Below are positions 40,677 to 50,471 of a stretch of DNA of 64,000 nucleotides, one piece after another. Under the pieces are notes generated by a model. It saw only the letters and a program-made list of their open reading frames with translations, was not told the DNA's origin and made no database searches. The translations under genes were made by a program, and so were the position numbers. The stretch comes from an uncultured Nitrospiraceae bacterium (GTDB lineage Bacteria > Nitrospirota > Thermodesulfovibrionia > Thermodesulfovibrionales > Dissulfurispiraceae). The DNA is taken from the NCBI GenBank assembly GCA_963727805.1, contig CAVSHF010000003.1:1312001-1376000 (forward strand), in the 5' to 3' direction. Every line of letters begins with the position of its first letter. Position 1 is the stretch's first letter.

Positions 40677-42389
40677 TTATCTCAATTTGACGCTGACGAT
40701 CTCTTGCCCCTGGGTATCAAGAACATGGATGGCACACGCCATGCAAGGATCGAACGAATGGATCGTTCTCTGGATCTCCAGTGGCCTATTCGGATCGGCG
40801 ATCGGTGTTCCCATAAGGGCCTCTTCGTCCGGTCCTCTCTGTCCCTTGGTGTCTCTCGGCGATGCATTGACCCCACCGGGGACTACACACTGATAGTTAT
40901 CGATCTTCTGGTCCTTAATAACAATCCAATGGCATAGGGCTCCACGCGGGGCCTCATGATACCCATACCCTTTAGCCTCTGCCGGCCAGGTAGAGGGCTC
41001 CCACTTTTCAGTGTTGGCGGTTTTCAGGTCTCCCTTTTTCATGTTCGCCGCAAGCTCGCCGATATAATCAGGCATTTTGTCGGCAATAATCGCCGTCTCG
41101 ATACCCCTCGCAGCGGTCCTGCCGAGTGTCGAGAAAAGCGCTGCCGGTCCAACTCCCAGCTTACCCAGGACCATATCGACAGTTGCCTTGGTCTCTTTAT
41201 GCCCTGACGCATACGCAACAAGCATCCTGGCAAGAGGCCCGACTTCAACTGATGCTCCGTCATAACGGATCGCCTTGACCCAAGAATACTTCTTATCAAG
41301 ATCAAGAGACTCATATGGCGGCTTTGGTCCGGTGTAGTTAGGATCTGTCTCACCAACCCACGGATGGAGCGGTTTTGAATCACCGCCTTTATATTTATAC
41401 CAGGAACGTGATACCTCTTCCGTCATTTTCATGTGATCAACGGGAAGGACCTTGCTCAGGTCCTTATTCTTTATGTAGCCCCTCGGCAACCAGACTTTAT
41501 CAGTATTCGGCTCGTTTGCACTCTGATATTCGCCGTACGAAAGGTAATTCCCCACACCACCACCAATCGCCGCCCAGTCCTTATAGAAAGAAGCGATTGC
41601 GAGGAGGTCAGGTATGTATACCTTCGAGACAAAATCCTTCGCCTTCTGAGCGAGATCCAGCATCATTGCAATGCTACCTGCGTTCAGTGCATTCTGGCTG
41701 TTCGGATCAACCGGTGTGGCCATGCCGCCGACAACGTATGTCTGCGGATGAGGATTTTTTCCACCGAGAAGGGCATGGATCCTTATAAAGTCTTTCTGAA
41801 ACTCAAGCGCCTCAAGATAGTGTGCTACCGCCATAAGATTCGCTTCGGGCGGCAGCTTATAAGCCGGATGTCCCCAGTATCCGTTTGCGAAGATACCGAG
41901 CTGACCGCTCTCGACGAAAGTCTTCAGCTTGCCGGCAACTGACTTAAAGTAGCTGACCGATGAGTTGTTCGGCCAATCGGAAAGCGATGAAGCAAGAGCC
42001 GCAGTCTTTGCAGGGTCTGCCTTCAAAGCACTTACGACATCGACCCAGTCAAGGGCATGGAGATGATAGAAATGGATTACATGGTCCTGAATGGTCTGTG
42101 AACAGTTGATAATATTACGGATGATTCTCGCGTTGTCGGGGATTGTAATGTTGAGCGCAGCTTCAACAGCTCTCACGGAGCTGGTAGAGTGTACGGTAGT
42201 TCAAACCCCGCAGATACGGGACACGAACGTCCATGCGTCCCGCGGGTCTCTGCCTTTCAGCATGACTTCCAAGCCTCTCCACATTGTGCCTGCAACCCAG
42301 GCGTCAGCGATTTTTCCGCCTTCGACCTTGGCTTCGACACGCATATGTCCTTCTATTCGCGTCATGGGATCAACGACTATTTTAGCCAT
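40677..42389 (-). CDS. Group 1 membrane-bound hydrogenase large subunit (570 aa) with in-frame UGA (putative Sec63) in the L1 motif
   Basis: ORF-track pieces 42201-42395 and 40677-42176 are in the same frame: DPMTRIEGH...[19 protein letters not shown]...[12 protein letters not shown]...EAPRG...[10 protein letters not shown] plus a C-terminal extension. Confidence 0.85.
42167..42183 (-). promoter_or_regulatory. Candidate bacterial SECIS hairpin
   Basis: CAGCUC-CGUGA-GAGCUG. The stem starts 17 nt and the loop 23 nt after the UGA, with G at loop position 2. Confidence 0.55.
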
Positions 42390-42404
42390 CCTCATTCCTC
42401 CCTA

Positions 42405-43469
42405 TTAGTCCTTATTTTTGCCTTTTGTGGCTGTCCTGATAGCTGCGTGAGCCGCTACGGCGGCCACTGCAACTGCCGCTATACCAAGGCCGATCTTGTC
42501 AGCATTGGCCATAACACCCGCGCCGGGTACCTTGGGCATTCTCTTGTAGAACGGATATGCCGCATCCCAGTTCCCCGGTGTCGAGCAGGCAATGCAGCCA
42601 TGTCCGGCCATTACCGGCCAGCTCGTACCACCGTTCCACCTGACTGTCGGACAGTTCTGATGCGACATCGGGCCCTTGCAGCCCATCTCGTAAAGACACC
42701 ATCCCTGCTTGGCTCCATCGTCTCCCCAAGCCTTCACAAACTGCCCGGCATCAAAATGCGGACGCCTCTCACAGTTGTTGTGGATCAGTTTTCCAAAAGC
42801 AAACTTCGGACGGCCATTGCTATCCAGGGCGGGTAATGCACCAAAAGTGAGGAAATGTACTACGGTGGCGGTGAAGTTCTCTACGTTCATCGGACAACCG
42901 GCGATATTGACGACTGTGCCGCCGATAGCTTCCTGAATACCAACATATCCACACGGATTCGGGGCGGCTGCGGAGAGCCCGCCGAAACAGGCGCAGTTGC
43001 CTACAGCGATATTCGCCATTGCGCCGGCCGCGACTTCCTTGAGGATAGCCATCGAGGACTTCCCGGCAACGCAGCAATAGACTCCGCCGTCCTTCGAAGA
43101 GACTGCTCCCTCATAAACAGCGATATACTGGCCCTTCTTGTTTTTCAGAATGTCCTGCAGCGATTTCTCAGCGGCTGTTCCACAAGGGGCCATGAGAGTC
43201 TCATGGTAATCAAGCGAGATGATATCAAGCACAATCTGCCCGATAGTCGGCTTTGTCGCCCTCAAGACTGATTCGGAATCACCGGTACATTCCGCAAAGT
43301 GCATCCAGACAACCGACGGTCTCTGCTTCTTTTCCAGGGCTTCGGCGATCTGAGGGACCGCGGAAGAGCTCAAACCTAAAGTCGCAGCTGTTCCAGCGCA
43401 AAACTTCAGGAAGTCCCTGCGCGACACCCCTCGTCGCGTCAGATAAGAATAAATGCTCTCGTTCTCCAT
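42405..43469 (-). CDS. [NiFe]-hydrogenase small subunit (Tat-exported, C-terminal TM anchor)
   Basis: SRRDFLK Tat motif, ECTGDSES, GNCACFGG, GCP, HNNCERR, CLYEMGCKGP, CPTVRWN, HGCIAC, and a His-containing anchor. GGAGG RBS before ATG 43469. Confidence 0.95.
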   Translation of the reverse strand: MENESIYSYLTRRGVSRRDFLKFCAGTAATLGLSSSAVPQIAEALEKKQRPSVVWMHFAECTGDSESVLRATKPTIGQIVLDIISLDYHETLMAPCGTAAEKSLQDILKNKKGQYIAVYEGAVSSKDGGVYCCVAGKSSMAILKEVAAGAMANIAVGNCACFGGLSAAAPNPCGYVGIQEAIGGTVVNIAGCPMNVENFTATVVHFLTFGALPALDSNGRPKFAFGKLIHNNCERRPHFDAGQFVKAWGDDGAKQGWCLYEMGCKGPMSHQNCPTVRWNGGTSWPVMAGHGCIACSTPGNWDAAYPFYKRMPKVPGAGVMANADKIGLGIAAVAVAAVAAHAAIRTATKGKNKD

Positions 43470-43584
43470 ACCCGTCCTCCTGTGACGAAATTTAACTCTA
43501 CAATATAGAGCTAATGGTACCACATTGTAGACGAAATGCTACGTGGTGTCAAGTACTGATAATTTATAGATTATTAAAATTTTT

Positions 43585-45909
43585 TTATAGATTCGCATTC
43601 CGAATAATATATGCCTGACCAAGCGAAAGACATGCGTCATTGCAGGGGATATTCTCATTCGTAAAGACGGCAAAACCGAGGGTGGATAGCTCGCGAAGAG
43701 TTCTTTCTAAGAGCATTGCATTCTGGAAGCATCCCCCGCTCAGAGCAACGCGGTCCATTCCAGTTTTTCCCCTTATGCGGCATACCATATCGACGATTAC
43801 CTTAATCATGGTAATGTGGAAACGTAACGAAATAACTCTCTGATCAATATGGCTTTTCACCTCACCGGCAATCTCGGAAATCATCTCAGAAAAATCGATG
43901 ACAGATGTCTTTCCATCATAAATACGATAGGCATAAGGGGCTGTTTGAGCGCTGTTGTCGGTATCGGGGAGCGCACTTTCGAGCGCTACGGCAGCTTCGC
44001 CTTCATAGGTGCTGGTGTGACAAATCCCAGCAAGTGCCGAGATCGCGTCGAAAAGCCTTCCCGCGCCTGAGGTGAGGGGAGAGAGAGTCCGATTATCGAT
44101 AATCTTAAGCAGCGTGTCGAGGTTGCTCCTGCTGTATCTTTCTAAATAGCCTATATCCGTAAGATACTGATAGACGTCGCGGTCGTCCGCGGCGGACTGC
44201 TTCAAATAGCTGACCGCAATCCTCCATGGCTCTTTGATAGCCTTTTCACCTCCCGGCAGTGGAACATAGCGAAAGTGGCCAACCCTTTCGAATCCTTCAA
44301 GAGAGCAGACTAGAAACTCGCTTCCCCACAAATGACCGTCAGTGCCGTAACCTGTGCCGTCAAAAGCGACGCCGATTACTTTTCCTTTAATGCCGTTCTC
44401 CGCCATAACCGCTGCAATATGGCCATGGTGATGCTGTATTCCGTATCCCTTCAAGCCTTTTTCACCAATGTGCTGTAGCGCCCATTGGGTTGACAGATAT
44501 CCGGGATGAAGATCATAGGCGACCGCGACCGGATCGGACCGGTAAACCTGCTTGAGATTTTCTAGCGACTCCTCGAAAAATTCGAGGGTCTCCAGATTCT
44601 CCATATCGCCGATGTGCTGGCTGACAATCGCCGCATTTCCCCTCGTGAGGGTGAAGGTGTTTTTCACCTCCGCACCGCAACCGAGGACATCTGGGCCTTC
44701 TTCGCCCAGCATAATCGCTTCCGGTGTGTATCCCCTCGACCGCCTGATAAAATGAGTTTTTCCATCGATAACCCTAATCACGGAGTCATCCACCCGCATA
44801 AAAATGTCCCGGTTATGAAATAAAAAAGCATCGGCGAGCCCCCCAAGCCTGTCAAGGGCATCATCATTGGCGATTACAATAGGTTCTTCGGAGAGATTTC
44901 CGCTCGTGGCGACGAGAGCCCTGAAATGGGGGAGTTCGTTGAAGCTTTGAGGCTGATTAGTCCGGCAATGAAAGAGAAGATAATGCAGCGGTGTATAAGG
45001 GAGCATAAAACCGAGAAAGCTGTTGTGAGGCGCCACAGCATCGGGAAGGCGGGATGGCTTTCTTTTGAGCAGAACGATCGGCCTGCGCATGTCGCAAAGC
45101 ATCTTTGCTTCATCGGTAGAAACATGGCAGAACTGACTGACTATGGCGACGTCAGGAGACATCACGGCAAACGGTTTATTTCTCCGTCTCTTTCTTTCTC
45201 TGAGCAACCTGACAGCTTCTGCGTTTTCGGCATCGCAACAGAGATGAAATCCTCCGAGCCCTTTTATCGCGACAATCGCACCCTGTTTCAATAATTCTAT
45301 CGCCGCGGGAATCGGTTCCCGTTCATCAACTTTGAACTTTGAACTATGAACTTTTAGGTGTACTTGAGGTCCGCATGAAGGACAAGCATTAGGCTGGGCA
45401 TGGAATCTCCGGTCCGACGGATCGTTATACTCCGCCAAACACTGAGGACACATAGGGAAAACCGACATAGTAGTATTTGGCCTGTCATAGGGAACTTTTC
45501 TGGTAATACTGTATCTCGGACCACAATTGGTGCAGTTGGTGAATGGATATTGAAAGCGCCTATCCGAAGGAGTTAATAGTTCTTTCAGGCAGTCGTCACA
45601 TATTGAAATATCCGGTGAGACATGCGTGAATCCTCCTTCGTCGATGCTCCGGAGGATTGTAAAGTCGTCATAGCCTGTGAGAGGCAGCTCTTTGATCTCT
45701 ATTGATTCGATCCTGGCAAGCGGAGGGAGATTCTCGCGGTGGGCTTTCGCAAATCCTTCGGCCTCATCGCCCTCAACCTCGATGATCACGCCCTCTGAGG
45801 TATTCGTCACATACCCCGTCAATCCCAGTTTTCGTGCAAGGTTATACACTGAGGGCCTGAAACCGACGCCCTGCACCGTTCCTTTAATCGTTATGTGAAA
45901 ATGAGCCAT
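43585..45909 (-). CDS. hypF: Carbamoyltransferase HypF
   Basis: GTVQGVGFRP, CDDC/CTNC/CPQC/CPSC zinc fingers, KGLGGFH, QHHHGH, DGTGYG. Confidence 0.97.
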   Translation of the reverse strand: MAHFHITIKGTVQGVGFRPSVYNLARKLGLTGYVTNTSEGVIIEVEGDEAEGFAKAHRENLPPLARIESIEIKELPLTGYDDFTILRSIDEGGFTHVSPDISICDDCLKELLTPSDRRFQYPFTNCTNCGPRYSITRKVPYDRPNTTMSVFPMCPQCLAEYNDPSDRRFHAQPNACPSCGPQVHLKVHSSKFKVDEREPIPAAIELLKQGAIVAIKGLGGFHLCCDAENAEAVRLLRERKRRRNKPFAVMSPDVAIVSQFCHVSTDEAKMLCDMRRPIVLLKRKPSRLPDAVAPHNSFLGFMLPYTPLHYLLFHCRTNQPQSFNELPHFRALVATSGNLSEEPIVIANDDALDRLGGLADAFLFHNRDIFMRVDDSVIRVIDGKTHFIRRSRGYTPEAIMLGEEGPDVLGCGAEVKNTFTLTRGNAAIVSQHIGDMENLETLEFFEESLENLKQVYRSDPVAVAYDLHPGYLSTQWALQHIGEKGLKGYGIQHHHGHIAAVMAENGIKGKVIGVAFDGTGYGTDGHLWGSEFLVCSLEGFERVGHFRYVPLPGGEKAIKEPWRIAVSYLKQSAADDRDVYQYLTDIGYLERYSRSNLDTLLKIIDNRTLSPLTSGAGRLFDAISALAGICHTSTYEGEAAVALESALPDTDNSAQTAPYAYRIYDGKTSVIDFSEMISEIAGEVKSHIDQRVISLRFHITMIKVIVDMVCRIRGKTGMDRVALSGGCFQNAMLLERTLRELSTLGFAVFTNENIPCNDACLSLGQAYIIRNANL

Positions 45910-45959
45910 AAAAACAATGCAAGAACTAACTCCTCAACTCGACTTTTGACTCCCCAATC

Positions 45960-46607
45960 CTATACTTTTTTGACAAATATTTCCTTGGCCAGTTCCGGGT
46001 CGATGGCAATAGTCGTCTCATCCATCTGGAGAACTATGGACGGCTTCCGCTGGAGCAGCCGGATGATTGTACCGGGGATAATCCCGATCGAGCTGAGACG
46101 CCCAATCCGCGATGCCTCTGAGGGCGTGATAAAAACGATCTTCCCTTCCTGCCCAACCTCGAAATTGGGTAGCCTCACAACAACCGGACGAACATCTACA
46201 CTATATTTCTTGCAGCACTCTCCGCGGGGAATCGGCTTGCCGTGCGGGCACAGAGGCGGATGGCCAAGAAAAGTGCAGACGCTATCGGTGAGTTCCTGGC
46301 TCAATATGTGCTCCATCTTGCAAGCATCTTCCTCTATCGCATTTTTGGGCAGGTCAAAGATATCGGTAAAGAGTCTTTCGGCAAGCCTATGTCTTCTGAT
46401 AAGCGCCTTTGCGAGATCGATACCCTTGTCGGTCAGGCAAATCTCGCTGTCACTGAGAACCGCGAGCCCTTCCCCCTTCAGCATTTCGACGAGCGTGTCG
46501 ACTTCAGAATCATCAGACGAAAGCTTGAATCTCTTCAGATCGCGGTGCCCCTCCTCTGCCAATACCCAGAGGAGTTCCAGCGCTTCATCTATTCTCTCTT
46601 TTTCCAT
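45960..46607 (-). CDS. DtxR/MntR-family metal-dependent regulator fused to FeoA domain
   Basis: RRHRLAERLF, ACKMEH, LGHPPLCPHGKPIP, C-terminal FeoA-like GIIPGT. Confidence 0.88.
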   Translation of the reverse strand: MEKERIDEALELLWVLAEEGHRDLKRFKLSSDDSEVDTLVEMLKGEGLAVLSDSEICLTDKGIDLAKALIRRHRLAERLFTDIFDLPKNAIEEDACKMEHILSQELTDSVCTFLGHPPLCPHGKPIPRGECCKKYSVDVRPVVVRLPNFEVGQEGKIVFITPSEASRIGRLSSIGIIPGTIIRLLQRKPSIVLQMDETTIAIDPELAKEIFVKKV

Positions 46608-46668
46608 AAAACCTCCCAAAAGCGGTTAAAAAGTAAATGGACGAATGGGCAAAAAGACTAGACACTTC

Positions 46669-47307
46669 TCATTCACTCATATAATCATTCACTATCTCTT
46701 CAAACGGCAGTGCGAGCGACATTACGGGGTAAAAGCTTTTACGGTGTATCGGACAGGGACCGTATTTCATGAGGCACTCGAGATGCTCCTTTGTTGCATA
46801 CCCTTTATGCCTGTTAAAGCCATAGCAGGGATAGGCCGCGTGGTATGCCATCATGATCCTGTCCCTGGTGACTTTAGCTATGATCGATGCCGCCCCTATG
46901 GAAGCACTTTTGGCATCGCCTTTTATGATAGGCAGCTGTCTTGTTTGGATATTCGGAATAGTGAGGGCGTCTACGAGCAAAAGTTCGGGGAGAGTTCCAA
47001 GTTCCGCAACGGCGTCAAACATTGCTTTTTTTGTCGCATTCAGTATGTTGATCCTGTCGATCTTCTCTTCGTCGACGATGCCTATACCAACCCGTCCCGA
47101 AGACAGGATGATCGCATACAGTTCTTCCCGTTCGGCCTGCGGGATTTTCTTAGAATCCCTGACACCGCTGATTTTTATGCTGCGATCCAGGATGACCGCT
47201 GCGGCCACTACGGGTCCGGCGAGGGGACCCCTACCCGCCTCATCGACCCCGGCTATTATCGAGAACTCGCCGTTTCCAGCGGATTCATCAAATTCATAGG
47301 GGTCCAT
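46669..47307 (-). CDS. rnhB: Ribonuclease HII
   Basis: GVDEAGRGPLAGPV, DSKK, IKGD, AASIIAKVTRD, HRKSF. Confidence 0.97.
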   Translation of the reverse strand: MDPYEFDESAGNGEFSIIAGVDEAGRGPLAGPVVAAAVILDRSIKISGVRDSKKIPQAEREELYAIILSSGRVGIGIVDEEKIDRINILNATKKAMFDAVAELGTLPELLLVDALTIPNIQTRQLPIIKGDAKSASIGAASIIAKVTRDRIMMAYHAAYPCYGFNRHKGYATKEHLECLMKYGPCPIHRKSFYPVMSLALPFEEIVNDYMSE

Positions 47308-47313
47308 GGGGTA

Positions 47314-47685
47314 CTATTCTTTGGTGACCTCTTTCTTAACAAACTCCCTGGCCTTTTCCTTGACCTTAGCGTCCTTCCCTTTCTTGTGCCTCAGGTAGTA
47401 GAGCTTAGCCTTGCTCACATCACCCCTTCTCAGGACCTCGATCTTGTCAATAGACGGCGAATGCACGGGAAAGATTCTCTCAACGCCGACGCCGAAAGAT
47501 ATCTTCCTAACCATGAAGGTCTCGTTGACCCCCTGTCCCTTTCTGGCGATGACGACGCCCTCGAAGGGCTGAAGTCTTTCCTTGTCGCCTTCTACAACTT
47601 TCACAAACGTCCTGACTGTGTCGCCAACGTTGAATGCCGTAACGTCCTTCCTAAACCTCTCTTCTACAGCCTTTATCAAGCTCAT
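47314..47685 (-). CDS. rplS: 50S ribosomal protein L19
   Basis: [32 protein letters not shown]. Confidence 0.98.
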   Translation of the reverse strand: MSLIKAVEERFRKDVTAFNVGDTVRTFVKVVEGDKERLQPFEGVVIARKGQGVNETFMVRKISFGVGVERIFPVHSPSIDKIEVLRRGDVSKAKLYYLRHKKGKDAKVKEKAREFVKKEVTKE

Positions 47686-48448
47686 CGTTCTCCTCCGACA
47701 ATATAATCTCTTTTCGCGAGCAAAGCTCCTGCAGCATCCTTTTATCTTCAGCGCTCAACGCGGCTGTTTTCAGCAGATCGGGTCTTTTCTCAAGAGTCCT
47801 CTTCAGGGCCTCTCTCCGTTTCCACTCCGCTATCTTCGCGTGATTGCCCGAAAGTAGAATATCAGGGACCCCATGCCCCATGAATTCCGGAGGCCTTGTA
47901 AAATGGGGATAATCAAGTATTCCCCATGAAAAAGATTCCTCTTTCGCCGACTCGTCATCCCCCAGCACCCCTGGGCAGAGCCGGACAATGCTGTCTATTA
48001 TAACCAAAGAGGCAAGTTCGCCACCAGTCATAATATAATCGCCTATCGAAATTTCTTCATCGATAAGGGTTTCCTTCACCCGCTCATCGATTCCCTCATA
48101 CCTGCCGCAGATTAGGAGCAGGCGTCGCTTCTCTTGCGAGAGTTCCTCGGCAAAAGCCTGGTTATAGGTCCTGCCCTGAGGGCTGAGAAGAATTTTTCTC
48201 CTCTCCTCCCTGTCGGATCCAATTGCATTGATGGCATTGAACATCGGCTCTATCTTCATCACCATCCCTGAGCCGCCACCGTAGGGGGAATCATCAACCG
48301 TCCGGTGCCTGTCCGTAGTATAGTCACGAAGGTCATAGACCTTCACATCAAGCAGCTTCTTCTGGACAGCCCTTTTCAGAATACTTTCGCCCAGATAGGC
48401 GTGAATGATCGACGGAAATATAGTGACTATGTCGAATCGTGTACACAT
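47651..48448 (-). CDS. trmD: tRNA (guanine-N1)-methyltransferase
   Basis: [44 protein letters not shown]. Confidence 0.97.
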   Translation of the reverse strand: MCTRFDIVTIFPSIIHAYLGESILKRAVQKKLLDVKVYDLRDYTTDRHRTVDDSPYGGGSGMVMKIEPMFNAINAIGSDREERRKILLSPQGRTYNQAFAEELSQEKRRLLLICGRYEGIDERVKETLIDEEISIGDYIMTGGELASLVIIDSIVRLCPGVLGDDESAKEESFSWGILDYPHFTRPPEFMGHGVPDILLSGNHAKIAEWKRREALKRTLEKRPDLLKTAALSAEDKRMLQELCSRKEIILSEENDELDKGCRREV

Positions 48449-48467
48449 AATTCACGCACAATAATAA

Positions 48468-48490
48468 GGGGCGTTCTCGACGAACGCCCC
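48468..48490 (-). terminator. Hairpin between khpA and trmD
   Basis: GGGGCGTTC-5 nt-GAACGCCCC, followed by TTATTATT on the minus strand. Confidence 0.55.
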
Positions 48491-48516
48491 ATTACCGTTG
48501 TCGCTTATGCTGCTCT

Positions 48517-48747
48517 CTATTCCAGGATCTCAAGGACACAGCGTTTGCCGATCTTCGTCCCCGCAGCACCGAGTATTGTCCTCATTGCGCGGGCCGTCTT
48601 GCCCTGCTTCCCGATCACCTTACCAAGATCGCTCTGGGAAACCCTGAGCTCGTAAACCGTCGTTTTTTCTCCTTCGATCTCACTGACTTTCACCTCTTCA
48701 GGCCTATCCACAAGTGCCTTTGCCATAGCCTCGATCAATGCCTTCAT
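48517..48747 (-). CDS. khpA: KH-domain RNA-binding protein
   Basis: [17 protein letters not shown]; follows rpsP. Confidence 0.93.
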   Translation of the reverse strand: MKALIEAMAKALVDRPEEVKVSEIEGEKTTVYELRVSQSDLGKVIGKQGKTARAMRTILGAAGTKIGKRCVLEILE

Positions 48748-48801
48748 GTTTCCACCTCCACAGGATTAGAGTCAATAGATTAAAGAGAGGGAATTGTTGG
48801 C

Positions 48802-49038
48802 CTACATGCCCGCCTTTTGCAGAAGGCGTTTCACTGTATCGGAGGGCTGAGCGCCCTTGCCAATCCAGTGCTTGGCACGTTCAACATCGACCTCAATCTT
48901 CGACGGTTCGACCAAGGGGTTATAAGTACCGAGGATCTCTATGAACGGTCCATCCCTTCTTGCTTTCGAATCGGCAACAATAATCCGGTAAAAAGGCCTT
49001 TTGTGCGCCCCCAGCCTTGTCAATCTAATCTTAACCAA
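48802..49038 (-). CDS. rpsP: 30S ribosomal protein S16
   Basis: [34 protein letters not shown] start with AGGAGG RBS. Confidence 0.98.
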   Translation of the reverse strand: MVKIRLTRLGAHKRPFYRIIVADSKARRDGPFIEILGTYNPLVEPSKIEVDVERAKHWIGKGAQPSDTVKRLLQKAGM

Positions 49039-49141
49039 CTAATCACCTCCTGAACTGATTCTCGTAGTCAAAAATTGTAATATATTTGGACCAAATAATT
49101 CAAATTATCAAACGGTTCGCCGGGTTGATAATCTGTCCTGC

Positions 49142-50470
49142 CTAGAAGGGCATAAACTTGGGAAGCCTGAATCCCTTTTTCCCGCCACCTTTTATCATCT
49201 TCATCATCTTACGCATTTCGAGGTATTGCTTGAGGAGCCTATTGACATCGGTAACCGTCGTCCCACTACCAATGGCGATCCTTTTCCTCCTGCTGCCGTT
49301 GATGATCGTATGGTCGTTCCGTTCCTTTTTGGTCATCGAGTTGATGATCGCCTCGATCTTCACGAATTCCCTTTCGTCGACCTTTATGTCCTTCATCGCC
49401 TTCCCCATGCCGGGTATCATGCCGAGGATGTTTTCGATTGACCCCATGGAGCGCAGCTTCTTCAACTGATCCCTTAGGTCATCGAAGGTGAACCTGTCCT
49501 CGACGATCTTCTCCTGGAGCTTCTCGGCCTCCTTCCGGTCAAAGGTATCTTGGGCCTGCTCGATGAAAGAGATGATATCTCCCATGCCGAGTATCCTTTT
49601 TGCGATTCGATCCGGATGAAAGGGTTCGAGCATATCGATCTTTTCGCCCATGCCCATGAACTTTATGGGCTTCCCGGTAACTTGCCGGATCGAGAGGGCA
49701 GCGCCACCCCTTGCATCGCCATCCATTTTGCTTAGGATGACGCCATCGATACCGATAATCTCGTTGAAACTCTTGGCGATATTCACTGCATCCTGGCCGG
49801 TCATTGCGTCGGCAACGAAGAGGACCTCACTGGGATGGGCATTCACCCTCAATTTCCTGAGCTCATCCATCAATTCCTCATCGATATGGAGCCGGCCTGC
49901 GGTATCGATAATCACAATGTCCCGGGCGTCAAGCCTCGATTGTTTCAAGGCGTCAGCACAAAGCGACACAGGATCTTTGTTCTCTTTCGAATAGTAAACA
50001 GGAACATCGACCTGCTTCCCAAGAGTAATCAACTGTTCGATAGCAGCAGGCCTCTTCAGATCAGCAGCAACGAGCATGGGACGCCTACCCTCTTTCTTGA
50101 AAATACGAGCGAGCTTGGCAGATGTTGTTGTCTTTCCTGACCCCTGGAGGCCAACCATCATTATCACGGTGGGAGGATTCGGGGCCAACTTAATTCGTTC
50201 ATTGGCAACACCAAGAAGTGTCGTCAATTCTTCATGGACGATCTTGATGACCTGCTGAGCGGGTGAGAGACTTTCGAGGACTTCATTGCCGACCGCTCTT
50301 TCACGGATGAGCTGAATAAAGTCCTTGACGACTTTAAAGTTGACGTCTGCTTCGAGGAGCGCCAGCCGAACCTCTTTTAGGGCAGCATCAACATCCTCTT
50401 CCTTGAGAAGTCCCCTGCCCCTCAATTTCTTGAATATGGTTTCGAGCTTTTCGCTTAAACTTTCAAACAT
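49142..50470 (-). CDS. ffh: Signal recognition particle protein
   Basis: ALLEADV, GLQGSGKTT, DTAGR, DGDARGGAALS, Met-rich M domain. Confidence 0.98.
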   Translation of the reverse strand: MFESLSEKLETIFKKLRGRGLLKEEDVDAALKEVRLALLEADVNFKVVKDFIQLIRERAVGNEVLESLSPAQQVIKIVHEELTTLLGVANERIKLAPNPPTVIMMVGLQGSGKTTTSAKLARIFKKEGRRPMLVAADLKRPAAIEQLITLGKQVDVPVYYSKENKDPVSLCADALKQSRLDARDIVIIDTAGRLHIDEELMDELRKLRVNAHPSEVLFVADAMTGQDAVNIAKSFNEIIGIDGVILSKMDGDARGGAALSIRQVTGKPIKFMGMGEKIDMLEPFHPDRIAKRILGMGDIISFIEQAQDTFDRKEAEKLQEKIVEDRFTFDDLRDQLKKLRSMGSIENILGMIPGMGKAMKDIKVDEREFVKIEAIINSMTKKERNDHTIINGSRRKRIAIGSGTTVTDVNRLLKQYLEMRKMMKMIKGGGKKGFRLPKFMPF

Positions 50471-50471
50471 A

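Noticed and set aside
42176..42201. Frameshift or genuinely split large-subunit gene
   Set aside because: The gap is exactly 8 codons in the same frame and encodes the expected TTVH; only the TGA interrupts.
45895..47706. 244-aa and 353-aa plus-strand ORFs
   Set aside because: Antisense to the DtxR regulator, rnhB and rplS.
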